A stretch of 64,000 nt of DNA from Utricularia gibba (Eukaryota; Plantae; Magnoliophyta), in assembly GCA_002189035.1 (NCBI GenBank), contig NEEC01000008.1:1612001-1676000 (forward strand), written 5' to 3'. Shown one piece after another: positions 23,611 through 35,723 of the stretch. Within the stretch, counting starts at the first letter, position 1, and each line of letters starts with the position of its first letter. The translations under genes and the position numbers were made by a program. The notes below the pieces were generated by a model that had not been told where the DNA came from, made no database searches, and saw only the letters and a program-made list of their open reading frames with translations.

Positions 23611-24890
23611 ACTTTTGCATACAAAGAGAAAAAAAAACCTTTTTTTGCTAGAGAAGAATAATTGTGTACAAAAACGAAAGGGTTGATATTTTCTAGAGTC
23701 ATTTACAAAAATGAACAATTATTATTTATCTTTCACACATTGGTAAAAACTAATATAAAAAATGATTATTTTTTTCGAATCATTTACAATTTGATCAGCG
23801 TAACTTTCTCTCTTATATATTAAGATAAAAAAGAATATTATAAATGATAAATTTATTAGCATGAAAAGAATAATTTTATATGTAGTTATTTGACTCATTG
23901 GTTCATTAATTTTAATATAATATCTTAGCATTTACCTTGTGTCATGATTTGAATGGTCAAAATAAGTTTTATATTGATGTGAGTTTCAGTTAAAAAAAAC
24001 ATACAGAGATATATTGAATTTAAATGATAAAATTTGATTCACTTATGATATGAATATTATTTATAATTACAAAAAATAAGTCTTAATAGAATCGATAGTA
24101 TTCATTTAAACCTAATGTTTTTAATGTAATTTATATGTATGGTGTTTTATTTCATATGTGGTCGTCCGACATGTTAAGTCACTAATTTGAACAAAATTTT
24201 CTCATACACACAATATAATATGATAAGATTTTAAAACTATTTCTATTTTTCCTCACATTTTTTAAATGAATCAATACTTCTCCATAGTCAACTCTTGGCC
24301 TAATTACAACCGTCCACCAGCACAATAGTTTAATGGAGAGAGCATCTCGTACACGGCAAAGTAGATCAAGAGGGCATACAACTCAGCTTCAGAAAGGGAC
24401 GTACAGCTGTCTTCCGATTGACTTCGATAGAGACAGCATCTCGCTTACACGACATGGTAGCTTAAGACAGGCGTACAGCTATCCATCATCTTCTGCCCCT
24501 TGCGGACAGAGACCGCCGCCTCGGGATGCACCGTCGGCTGAGATGCCGACAAAACCACCGCCTCCCGTCGACGTCTTATCTCCGACACAGACCTGTGCAG
24601 AATTGAAAAGCGCTCATTCTTATATCCATCTAAAATCAGCCACTATCTTGAATTTATTAAAAATAATATATATTTAATTTAAATTAAATGCATATAAATG
24701 ATTTTATAAAATGGGGGTAGTGTATCAAGATGCCTAATTCACCCTTTTTATATAATAATGTAATTTACTTTTAATATATGTCATTCAAATATATTATTTC
24801 AATAAATAGAAACTACTCATTAAATGCCATTTTTTTAATCATAAACTCATGTAATATTTAGTAATCTAAATCTTCCTAAATATGAAGTTA

Positions 24891-25081
24891 TGTTTGATAG
24901 GTGATTTTATAGTGTATTTTATTTAAGATAAATTAAAACCATTGATACAGTTTTATTAAATCATATATTTATATTAATTTAACCTTATAACTTGTTCACT
25001 TCTTAATAAATATAAAACTAATTATTTAAAATCATAATTCAAATGTCTTTTTATTAACATATCTAATTTATCAATCAAACA
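24891..25081. mobile_element. Short/degenerate MITE of the TGTTTGATAGG-TIR family
   Basis: Starts tgtttgatagg, identical to the TIR at 60437, and ends ...aatcaaaca; AT-rich interior. Confidence 0.4.
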
Positions 25082-25269
25082 GATTCTAAAATTTAAACCA
25101 TAAAATATATTTTTAACTTAAATTATATTATCAAAATCTTAAATCACCTACTAAACACGAAACGTTTAATGAAACAAACCCATTGAATGTTGTTAATTAC
25201 TGTCTTTCCCCTTAGAAACGTTCCATTTATTGAAAAAACTATAATCAACACATGATTTGCATAATCACA

Positions 25270-27329
25270 TTACACTGCTGCTCCAATGGTGGAATCGTCT
25301 CGGCTCCTGCTGCTGCTTCTGATGCTGATGTTTCCATCCTGGAGGTTAATGCATTTGTACCACTTGGCACACATCACGTAGATGACACAGTCGGCCGCCG
25401 TGAGCCCGGCGATCAGGAAATAGAAGCGGTCCATGTGGCCGGAGTTGAGATCCTCCGGGATCCATCCTGGATTCCCCCGTCTGGCGGTGATCCCCATCAC
25501 CATGTTCACCAGCATGCTGCTCACGAAGTTCCCCAGTGAAATCGAAGCCATACACAGTGAGCTTCCGAAGCTCTTGATTCCATCAGGCGCCTGACCGTTG
25601 AAGAACTCGAGCTGTCCCACGTACATGAAGACTTCGGAGGCGCCCACCAGGAAGTACTGAGGGATCTGCCAGAAGACGCTCATGGGGCTTGCTCTTTCTC
25701 CGGGGACTACACGTTTCAGTCTCTCGATCTCTGTCACTCCGGCTGCGATCATGGCTACGAGTCCGATTATGAGGCCGATTCCCATTCGTTGGAGTTCGGT
25801 GAGGCCTTTTGGGTTGCCGCTCAGTCTTCCGGCAAGGGGACGAGGATCTGGCGGTAGATCCCGGTGCAGATGAGGACGGCGCAGATGTCAAATGCCGACA
25901 TGCTTGCGGCGGGGAGGTGGAAGTTTCCGATCCTTCGATTCATCACGTCGCCTTGTTCGACGAACAGGGATGCCATTTGGGAGAAGATTACAGAGTATAC
26001 AATGGTGCAGAGCCAGATAGGAAGCATTCGGAGTATGCATTTGGCTTCTTCAACTTGGGTTACAGAGCATAGCCGCCACGGGCACGGCGGCGACAGACTA
26101 TCCTTGTCGGTCACAATCGCAGCTTTGTCGAGAAATCTGTCAAAGTTTCAACCTTTTTATGATTAGAAATCATGGGGTAGTTCCAATTTTTAAAAATATA
26201 CTCAGAAATCTTACTCGAAATCATCAGTGTGCAAGATTTTCCTGCTTCCTTTGATGGCTGATTCAGAGCCCTGAACCTCGTACAGAGCTTCTCCATCTTT
26301 AAGCTTCACACTCCACTTTTTCCCTGCTGCAACGAACACTTGAGCTATTCTCGGCAACGGGTTGCCACAAGGCTTCAGGTATCTGTAGGAGGAGTAGCCT
26401 TTCAGAAACGTCATGAGAGCAACAAACGCCGACGCGGTTGCTACCCAGAAACCAAGTGTCCATTTCCCCGTGTCCTCGTAGTAAACCAGCACAGTGTTGG
26501 AGATCAAGGAGCCTGCGTTGAGTGCGAAGTAGAAGTAGCAGAAGAAGGCAGATATGGAGCCTGGGTCGGTGAACTGATCTGCTCCAAATGTAGCTATAGT
26601 GGGCTGGTGGCCGCCATAACCAAACGCCACCATGTAAATGGCCGTGTAGAAGAGCGCCGTGCCCGCCTGCGAGGGCGGATGGCAGAGGAGGTTCCCATCT
26701 CCACAACCAGAAGGTTTCAGCAGAATGAGCCACGATGACATGGACAGAAACACCAGCCCCTGAAAGGATGAAAAAGATGCAGAGTCTCATTCTCCAAATG
26801 CCTCAGAAAATGAGAGATCGGTGCAGCGTATATTGTACCAGAACAAAGATGACTTGAAAAACAGCACAAGTGAAGTAGCGGCCCCAATAGGAGTCACTGA
26901 GGAAAGCAGCGACCAGTGAGCAAAGGTAGACGGTTCCAGTCCAGATGCTGACATTGTTTGCAGCAGGAGCGTTTTCTTGACCAAGAACCCTTGTTAAAAA
27001 CAGAACTAAATTCACTCCAACCCCGAAGAACGCTAGCGTTGCTAGCCCCTGGTTTGCTGCAAAACAGAGCATGTTGTGTTACAGAGGGTATTGATTCTCA
27101 GTCCCTGATTTTTCATACTTACCGAGCAAGATAAATGCTGGGCGCCAGCCACCTCTAGTTCTTGGCTTTGGCTTCTCTTCTTCGATCGAAAGAGGTTCCA
27201 CTTCATGGATTTCAACAGCAGCAGATTCCTGAGGAGAAGGGTTAAATATTAAGCAAAATCGGACGATACAGAGGAAACAACACAAACAAACCGCGGATTC
27301 CACGGACTCACATTCGGTAACGCCTCCAT
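25270..27329 (-). CDS. NPF7.1: NRT1/PTR family transporter NPF7.1-like; 1-nt frameshift at 25836-25839
   Basis: MEALPN|ESAAVE..GGWRPAFILL, NQGLATLAFFGVGVNLVLFLTRVLGQ, FLSDSYWGRY, GGHQPTIATFGADQF, GNPLPRIAQV, FLDKAA, TQVEEAKCILRMLPIW, QRMGIGL, FWQIPQY, LEFFNGQAPDGIKSFGSSL. Confidence 0.93.
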
Positions 27330-28687
27330 GGGGAAGAAAGGAAAAGGGTTGGAGCGAACCAGAGATTACCCTACACAGGAAATATATACAAATCTCAGTA
27401 TCAAATGAGAAAGACGAAATCTTGAATAAAGGAGCCACCTTTTCCTGAACTTGATGAGGGAGAGAGCGAGGACCTCCGGCACTGTTCCAGACTCGGACGA
27501 AGGGGAGGTCCGGGTGTCGACGGCGAGGATGGGGAAGATCACTGGATTCGTGGAGAGCCCGGCAAAACCTATTGTCATCTATGAATACTAATAAACTCCT
27601 TACGTGAACCCGAGTGATAACCAGTGGTGACAGTCGACTGAAGCTGAAGAGGCGATAAAGGAAAGAGGGTTGCTCTACGTTGGGATGCAGAAGAAAGGAA
27701 GGAGCAGATGGGAGCCTGAGGAGGAAGAAGATGCATGATGAATAATGAATATAAAAGAGCGTAGATCCCTTAACCACGGGAGATTAGGATAACTAACATC
27801 AGGATTTTACATCCCGGTTGAAAAAGTCATCTCTTTTGAAACTCCATCTCTATCCAATCTTTTGATTTGTATGAATAAATCATATTTATTATTTTAAAAT
27901 GCTAAAAAGACGTAAATAATTAATCAGGATTTGTTTTTAATTATTCACATCTTTAAAATAATTAATTTGGATTTACTCGAGACATACGTTTTTTATATGC
28001 ATGATTTTAAAAAATATTTATATGATTTTTTAGATCATGAATTTTCGAAATCTTTTTATGATTTTAGAGATACGTTTATCCAAAAAGTATGATTTGTATT
28101 TTATTTATTTTAAATACATTTATCAAATATAATATTATCTTAAATGATTAATTTTCGAAAACGTGTTTCTAGTTATTGAATTTTTTTAATTAAATATGAG
28201 TAATATTTTCCATTTCTTTTCTTAGTTAAATAAAGATTTAACATTATATAGTGGAATAATTGAAAGGGGTAGTTTTGTAATTTGATAATGGTGGATGGAT
28301 CCAGAGCATTGGTTTCTATGGACACGCGTCGGACAGGTTAGGTTATCCAGTGGCCCTCGCTTAGCGGTTGGGATAGCATATCCGGCCCAATGTATGGGCC
28401 CAATAATTATAGATGCCAACTTTTACATAATCATGTCAGAAAATAATAGTTAGTATTTGTTTTTTTAAAAAAAAATCAGACAATCACGTGAGGCGGGGGT
28501 GTTTGCGTCATTTGGGAACACCCTGCAACTCTGCACAGTACTGCACTGAGGACCGCGTCTTGTGTTTATTAGTATTTCATGCGCATCTACTCGCAGCATG
28601 GCAGAAGAATCACATACGACACTAGCACTGCATATGCAAATCTGAACGACGACAACAACGCCACCAGATTGCCGGCAGGAAACGGAT

Positions 28688-29791
28688 ATGGCCACTTCCG
28701 CCGTCTCAGTTTTCTTCGCCGCCGTGATATTCCTAGCCCTGACATCGACATCCACCGGCTGCCCTGATTCCGACAGGCAGGCTCTCTTGCAATTCAGAGC
28801 TGCTCTCGTAGAACCTTACTTGGGCATCTTCAACTCCTGGACTGGCCCTAACTGCTGCCATGGATGGTACGGAATCAGCTGCGACCCAGAGAGTCACCGT
28901 GTCGCCGATATCAACCTCCGTGGGGAATCTGAGGACCACATTTTCAGAAAGGCGCGCCGCACTGGTTACATGAACGGTTCCATTTCTCCGGCAGTTTGTG
29001 GTCTCACGAGGCTTTCGAGCATCATTATTGCTGACTGGAAGGGGATATCAGGCTCGATTCCTTCCTGTATCGCGCGTCTACCTTTTCTACGTATTCTCGA
29101 CCTCATCGGGAATCAGATTACCGGCGAGATCCCGGCGGATATAGGGCTGCTCAGCCGCCTCACGGTGCTGAACGTGGCGGATAACCAGATCTCCGGTACG
29201 ATTCCGCGGTCGATTACGAATTTGACGTCGTTGATGCACTTGGATTTGAGGAGCAATAGGATTTCGGGGACGATTCCCAGGGATTTCGGGAAACTGAGAA
29301 TGCTTAGCAGGGCTTTGCTTAGCAAAAACATGCTCAACGGTCCGATTCCTCCGTCAATTTCTCATATCTACCGCCTATCCGACTTGGATCTGTCGCTGAA
29401 CCAGATCTCGGGTTCGATTCCGGCTTCCATGGGCACAATGAAAGTTCTCGCGACGCTGAATCTGGACGGAAACCGTCTCGCCGGCCCGATTCCGCCGTCA
29501 CTGTTGAGCTCTGATATCAGCACACTAAATCTAAGCAGAAATGACCTCGACGGTAACATTCCGGACTCCTTCGGGCCGAGATCGTACTTTACGGTCCTGG
29601 ATTTATCTCACAATCGGTTGAAGGGACAAATTCCTGCCTCCATTTCCGCGGCAGCGTTCATCGGCCACTTGGACCTTAGCTACAACCATCTCTGCGGCCC
29701 CATCCCGGAAGGTTCGCCGTTCGATCATCTCGAAGCGTCGTCATTCCTCGGCAACGATTGCCTCTGCGGGAAACCCTTAAAAATATGCTAG
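28688..29791 (+). CDS. Secreted extracellular LRR protein, DRT100/PGIP-like
   Basis: Signal peptide, LRRNT (CPDSDRQALLQF..CCHGWYGISCD), about 10 plant LRRs (LxLxxNxLxGxIP) and a C-cap NDCLCGKPL; intronless. Confidence 0.93.
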   Translation: MATSAVSVFFAAVIFLALTSTSTGCPDSDRQALLQFRAALVEPYLGIFNSWTGPNCCHGWYGISCDPESHRVADINLRGESEDHIFRKARRTGYMNGSISPAVCGLTRLSSIIIADWKGISGSIPSCIARLPFLRILDLIGNQITGEIPADIGLLSRLTVLNVADNQISGTIPRSITNLTSLMHLDLRSNRISGTIPRDFGKLRMLSRALLSKNMLNGPIPPSISHIYRLSDLDLSLNQISGSIPASMGTMKVLATLNLDGNRLAGPIPPSLLSSDISTLNLSRNDLDGNIPDSFGPRSYFTVLDLSHNRLKGQIPASISAAAFIGHLDLSYNHLCGPIPEGSPFDHLEASSFLGNDCLCGKPLKIC

Positions 29792-30056
29792 ACCAACGAC
29801 GCCGTGTCGCTTCACTGTATCCGCCGGTTTGAAAATTCTTCTGAAACCAGGGAGATTTTCGCCATTTCATCAGGTTTTTTTTTTTCCACATAAAGCACCA
29901 AAAAGTATACTACATTTAATAAAATGGTGTAAGAATAATTACTTATCGCAACTCTACATTAAAAAATATTACAAATATACATGAAATTAGAAAAAAAAGG
30001 GAAGGATAATCCTGACGCAGGACATTGTCGTCTTGTCTTTTAACATTTGGCTTCGA

Positions 30057-30070
30057 CAGTGACGTCACTG
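30057..30070. promoter_or_regulatory. Perfect 14-bp palindrome with C-box core (TGACGTCA)
   Basis: CAGTGACGTCACTG is its own reverse complement. Confidence 0.5.
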
Positions 30071-30397
30071 CATCCATCACTAGACCAAACTTGCCATTTT
30101 TTGTACAACAAAAAATAAGGAAAGTATTATATTTAAATACATATTTTTCGGGTATTGTAGAAATTTATAAAAATGTAAATAAACTTCGTATTTGCTATAT
30201 GAGTTGGAATTTAGCAGTATTGTTTATGGATCGAAATATCATAAAAAATCATAATTTCTTTCATACTTATAGTGAAATATTTAAATTTCATTTAATCAAA
30301 TATATTATTCACAAATTTAGTTATCTTAATATTTTATTTATAAATACTAATTAAATCAAGTTTAACCCATAGTCATAAATGTAAATACAGATTTAAG

Positions 30398-30630
30398 TAG
30401 TGTTTTGGAAAATTTTTGAAATCTATTTTTACTTTTTAAAATTATTTTTAAAAGATAAAAATAAAAAGTAAAAGTAAATAACTTATTAATTTTTTAAAAA
30501 TAATTTTTATAGTTATAATTTTAAAATTATTTTTAATAGAATTATTTTTATAATTAAAAAGTATTTTAGAATAAAACTATTTTTATTTATGAAAAGTATA
30601 AATAGATTTTAAATTTTTTTCAAAACACTA
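30398..30630. mobile_element. Foldback MITE with ~39-bp TIRs
   Basis: The left end tagtgttttggaaaatttttgaaatctatttttactttt matches the reverse complement of 30592-30630 at 34/39 by eye. The interior is similar to 60150-60320. Confidence 0.7.
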
Positions 30631-30780
30631 ATTTATTTATATTTAAATTTGAAAAGGAAACTGAAAGCCCGATTCTTTTCTGAACGTGATGTTTTTATTT
30701 TCTGTTGTTTTTTTTTTGTTTGAGAAATTTAAAACGGGATTTTGGCGATCGGTTCAAATTAGGGTTCGGATTCTGGTTTC

Positions 30781-30788
30781 TAGGGTTT
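30781..30788. promoter_or_regulatory. telo-box (AAACCCTA)
   Basis: tagggttt lies about 30 bp upstream of the TFIIIC-subunit ATG. Confidence 0.5.
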
Positions 30789-30817
30789 AGCACTGTGAAT
30801 TTTCGGTTATGTAAACT

Positions 30818-33800
30818 ATGTCGTCCCGTTTCCAATTGACCGTGCTGGGGTCGTCACTATGCTATCCTGATGCTGTAGCGTGGTCTGATGAGAACTTGGT
30901 GGCTGTAGCCGCCGGTGCTAATGTTGTGATTTTGGTTAGCTGATCTAATTTTTTGGTTTAGATGATTTTTGTTTTATTTGAAGTGTTGTAATGTTTCGAA
31001 TGCTTCCAGGATTCATTATCAGTTGATTGATTTCCTTAGTATCCTTTTCCAGGATCCTAGTACCCCTGGAGTTCGAGGTTTGGTTACACTTCCACTGGGT
31101 GCGACTGATGCAGGTACCCGCGTGATCCAAGTATCTATTCTTATTAGTATATTTACCTGTAAAGATGGTGTAGGTTTTACTATAAACAGCGTGATTTCAT
31201 GTAATGTGGTTATTATTTGTTCTTTCGCAGAGGAAGGCTTCCAAAATGGGTGCTTGCTTTCACATGATTTATCTCGGGATACGCGCCCTTGTTTTCGATC
31301 AGTATCTTGGTCACCTGTGGGTCTGGCCAATAATGCTGGGTATGGATGTTGTTCACTTCCGTTATATTGGGATTAGTACTTTCACACAGAACCAACTTGG
31401 AACTTATTTCTATGGCACAGCTGTTTGATTTCCGTTTGCACTACAGATGGAAAAGTAAAGCTTTACCGCTCTCCTTTCTGTGAGCTATCAGCAGAGTGGA
31501 TTGAGGTAACCGGAATTGCTTTATCCTCTTTATGTTGACATTGATTTGACAAGAGTTATGAATTTCTTAGCAGATTTTTCTATCAAGAAAGTTAATTTGT
31601 CATTCCTACCTTTGTGCACACCTCTTCATTATTGTGGGCAAACACAATTTCCGCTCTGAATCATAGTGCCTCTATCGCCATTAATTTTATCCACCCTCAT
31701 TTATGATGGCTGATCATATTTTGTTTATAATTATCTCTTTCACTGGAAAATATAGGTGGTCGACATATCTCAAATGTTGCAAGATTATCTAGAAAGAACC
31801 AGCTTTGGGGACCATGCTCTTGTAGCTTCCAAAAATTATGAGGTGAGTAATGTTATTATGGATGTTATTGTGCTTGGTGAGCTGCAACTGAAGATTTAGT
31901 TAGAGGCCATCTATCAATTTAGGTAATGTCATCAAAAGAGAAGTTGAGTCTTGATCCAATCAGTGACTTGAAAGTCTCTTCTGGAATGAGGAAAAGGAAG
32001 AAAAAAACAGTTACGTATTTTGGTAAAGACACTTGTCTACTTTCCACTGTTCTAAGTCTTTTTTCAATGTTTTGTTAAATCTTTATCTTCTCATAATGCT
32101 GTCCTACCTCCACTAAAAATCTATTGTTGCTTTGGATAACTTTTTGAACAGTTAGATGCAAAGGATCAGAAAAAATGCGGGAATGTCTTGGCATCTTCGT
32201 GTGAAGATAAGAATGTGAAAAGAATGAGGGACGAAAATATTTCCCCATCAGTTTCTGCAAACGAATATCCTTCATGGAATGCAATGTTTATGCCATTGTG
32301 TTTGGCATGGTCCCCCATCATTGGGGCATCTAGCTGCGGTGTCCCTGTTCCTGATACTGGCATCTGTTCGTTTCTTGCTGTTGGTGGACGGTGTGGTAGA
32401 ATCTCACTATGGAAAGTTACTGGCCCTAAGAATTACACCATTGAGGACACCAAATTCTCAGGTCAAGTTTCACTGGCTACCATATTCAAACCTCATGATG
32501 CATGGGTCACCGCAATCGATTGGGCTTCTGCTGGACCTGATGCTTCGACTCACCTTTTTGTACTGTTTACTGGAAGTTCGGATGGTAGGTGAGTGATGTA
32601 AATGCTATGCATAATTGTAGAAACCAAAAACTGATTTATAGTTTGAACTGGAATCGGCTGATCAATTTGTAGTGTAAAGATTCAAAAATCCCATAATTTC
32701 AACTTGTAGTGTAAAGATCTGGGTGATCAACTGCAAGGAACTGCTGAAATCTTCAGGAGTTATTCATGGTTCAGTTTCTTTGTTCCAGGAGGTCAGTGTG
32801 GTGTCCCAAGTTACCATTCACGATTTAGATGTAATCATGTATGATTTAGTGAATCTTGTATTCTGACCAAGAGGGTGTACTCATCTTGTAATCAGGTTAT
32901 TTCAGTTGATTCTGCTATGGTATCCATACTTGCAGTGCAAACACGGCCGCCCTTGGATTTGCTTCTGGCCGTTGGGAAGGGTTCTGGATCCTTTGAAGTG
33001 TGGATCATTAAGCAGGATACTGGAAGATATGAAAAAATTGGCTGCTACCATGCTCATGGCTGTGTTGTATGCTATTATTTGTGGCACTCAGTGAATTTTA
33101 TTCTGGATTGATATCTCACTTACCTCTAAAAATGCCAGGTTACTGGATTAGCTTGGGCTTTTGAGGGATGCTTGTGCAGCTGCAGCCAGGTGTGTAGTCG
33201 TATGATTAATAGGTTGATAATGTTCGGACTAGATTTATCATTGTTTGGACCTGTCTTTATAGTCTTCTTTTTTACTTTGATTCCAGGACAACTCTGTTAA
33301 ATGTTGGCTCTTAGTAGGGAATTCACTGACCGAGATGCCCATTCCATCAGGTGCACTTCCTATGCAAGGATTTCGTGATGTACGACATGAATCTTGCTTT
33401 CCTTTTGCCTGAAATGACTTATGTTCACTAATAACGGGAAGTATGTTCAGGTACATTATGTATTTGAATCATGCTTTGGTCTCGCGGTTTCTCCTGGGAA
33501 TTTGGCAATGGCAGTGGTATTATACTGGCTCTGGTGGTTTATCTATTTAATGAATGAGTCATCTGTCCCTATACTGAGACTTTAAGATAAGAACCTTGAA
33601 CTTCAAACCTTTGATGCAGGCACGCAAATTTGATGTTGACCTGTTACATCCAATGTATGAAGGAAGGTAAACTTCTCGGCATTATGTGGTGCAAGAAAAT
33701 GCGAAATGTTACGTAGTTTATATTAGGAAGTTTTTTGACCTTCATCTGCCTTCATACTCTTGTTGATAAAAATACTATTGTTTCTACAGAACACATAAAT

Positions 33801-34961
33801 CCGCTGTCGAGTTCCTTTGGATTGGAGGACAGCAGCTCGACCCCCTCTCTGCTCACCATTTAGATGTGGATAACAGATCTGTCCCTGGATTACCTCAGAA
33901 AGAATTAATTTGCTGGGAGAACAATATTTTATGGACCTTGAGTCGGTATAATGACTCGAATAGGCTTTTGAATATTTGGGATGTTGTTTCTGCCCTCACT
34001 GCCTTAAAACAGTCGGTGCCTGGGTATCTTGGGCCTGTACTACTGAAATGGCTCACATCTTGCATTGGATTTGAAGCAGAGACGGCCAGTAAATTATTAA
34101 CGGAAGCTTTTTGCTATCTTCCCAAGTTATCGACCCGCCAGCTGCAGCTTATAAACATCATCAGCAGGCGAGTAATTCTTAGAGAATGTAAAGAACTCAG
34201 TACCAATGAGGAGGAAGAACCAGCAGGAGTAAATGGTGCTGGAGAGCAGGAAAGGCTATGGAGGGGACTGCTTTCAAGGGCTGAAAATGAACTCCTGGAG
34301 AGGCTTGTTTGCTTTCATTTCTCAGGTATTTTAAATTTAGAGTTGCATTCATCCACGGATTTCGCTGAAGCTGGGGCCTGGAGTCTCCATGGATTGCAAC
34401 TGATGGAGCAATGGATCTCACAAAATCGGGCACGTGTGAAAGATCATTCTAATGCTCTTGCCAGAAAAGTTGAGAAACTCGATAAGAGGTATCCATCCAT
34501 CCCCAAGGACTTGCTCATTGCAACATTTTTATGCACAAAATGCTGAGGCAGCTTCTTGGTTTCACAACACATTTTCCGCTGACAGGAAACTGCAGCAACT
34601 TTTTCCACGGGAAGAAGATGAGCGTTGCACATTCTGCTCAGCAGCTGTCCCATTCGAATCAACAGATCACGCATTCTGCCGTGGTCTTCCAAATGATGAG
34701 AATGCCCCTCAGAAGCACAAGCTGCAGAGATGTGCAGTTTCTATGAGGATTCTCCCTGCTACACCCGCCTGGTATTGCATGTGTTGTCGAAGACAGGCGA
34801 CGAAGTTGCCTCCGAGCGCATTATTTTCAATGGATCAATATCCTTCCGATTCCACATTCTCTATGAAGCTCAGCAAATGGTGCACTCCATGTTGTCTCTT
34901 TTGTGGTATCCTTCTCCAAAGATGGCAGCCCGAGTTCTCTCTGTCGCCATCTCCGGTGTAA
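30818..34961 (+). CDS. TFIIIC delta/90-kDa-like WD40 protein with C-terminal Cys-rich zinc finger (At3g49400-like), ~15 exons
   Basis: MSSRFQLTVLGSSLCYPDAVAWSDENLVAVAAG, FRSVSWSPVGL, CTTDGKVKLYR, LAVGGRCGRISLW, FTGSSDG|SVKIW, LAVGKGSGS, VEFLWIGGQQ, and C-terminal CTFCSAAVP..C..HKLQRCAVSM..WYCMCC..CLFCGILLQR. Confidence 0.85.
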
Positions 34962-35723
34962 ACCTGGTTTACTGAGGCCATGGCCCATTTTTTTTGTATG
35001 CTATTTTTTAGCTGCAAATATTGACAATTTGGACCAAAAAGTTACTGTATCCAAGAATGACTTTTTATTTTTTATATTAAATGTCTATATCAAAGTTAAT
35101 ATATAAAGAATTCAAGATTCCCGGCCAGCCATGGGACGCTGAAAACTCAACGGAATTCAGACAAAATCGAAACTCCACCGGGAGGTATTTAGTTTTGATG
35201 GTGGGAGTTTCTTTCTAAAATTATCTTACGATGAACTCTGGAGAAAGATCATGAGAGTGGAAATATGCTTTTTTTTTCTTAAGAATCTGTTTGTGGGTAT
35301 TCTTTGTACAATAATTTCAATCAGAGCAGAGCATTCATGGACATTCATTCATTGACCTGTAATTCTGTGCTCGAGACCCAGTAGCTTTAATATCCAGGTT
35401 CGGTCTCGTCAAATGCGTGTTTTTTTTTATTGCTTTTATTTATGATTCCCATTTGATGTTGTATTGTTGACGGGGTATGTTTCTGAAACTGCAAAACTTG
35501 TCACGCGTATCTAGTGAGCAATAGATTATTCACCCTTGGCTTCTGCAGAAAGGATGTTGTGATTCTGGGGTGCCTAGTTTTAGAGGGCAATGGGAAATTC
35601 TGTATGCTTGTTGTGCAAGACAGATGGGTAGGTTTCTGCGTTTGATGTTCTCATTCTCTGATTCTTGTCAACCAATTGTGGGCATATTCTTTCGTGGAAG
35701 ATTCTAATACTGTTTGGAACAGG

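Noticed and set aside
30990-31052. tttccttagtatccttttccag as a U12 signal
   Set aside because: It lies at the acceptor of an intron whose donor (gttagc) is ordinary U2-type.
34489-34585. Possible U12 intron (GTATCCATC donor) in the TFIIIC gene
   Set aside because: Mismatch in the ATCCTT core and no convincing TCCTTAAC branch site.
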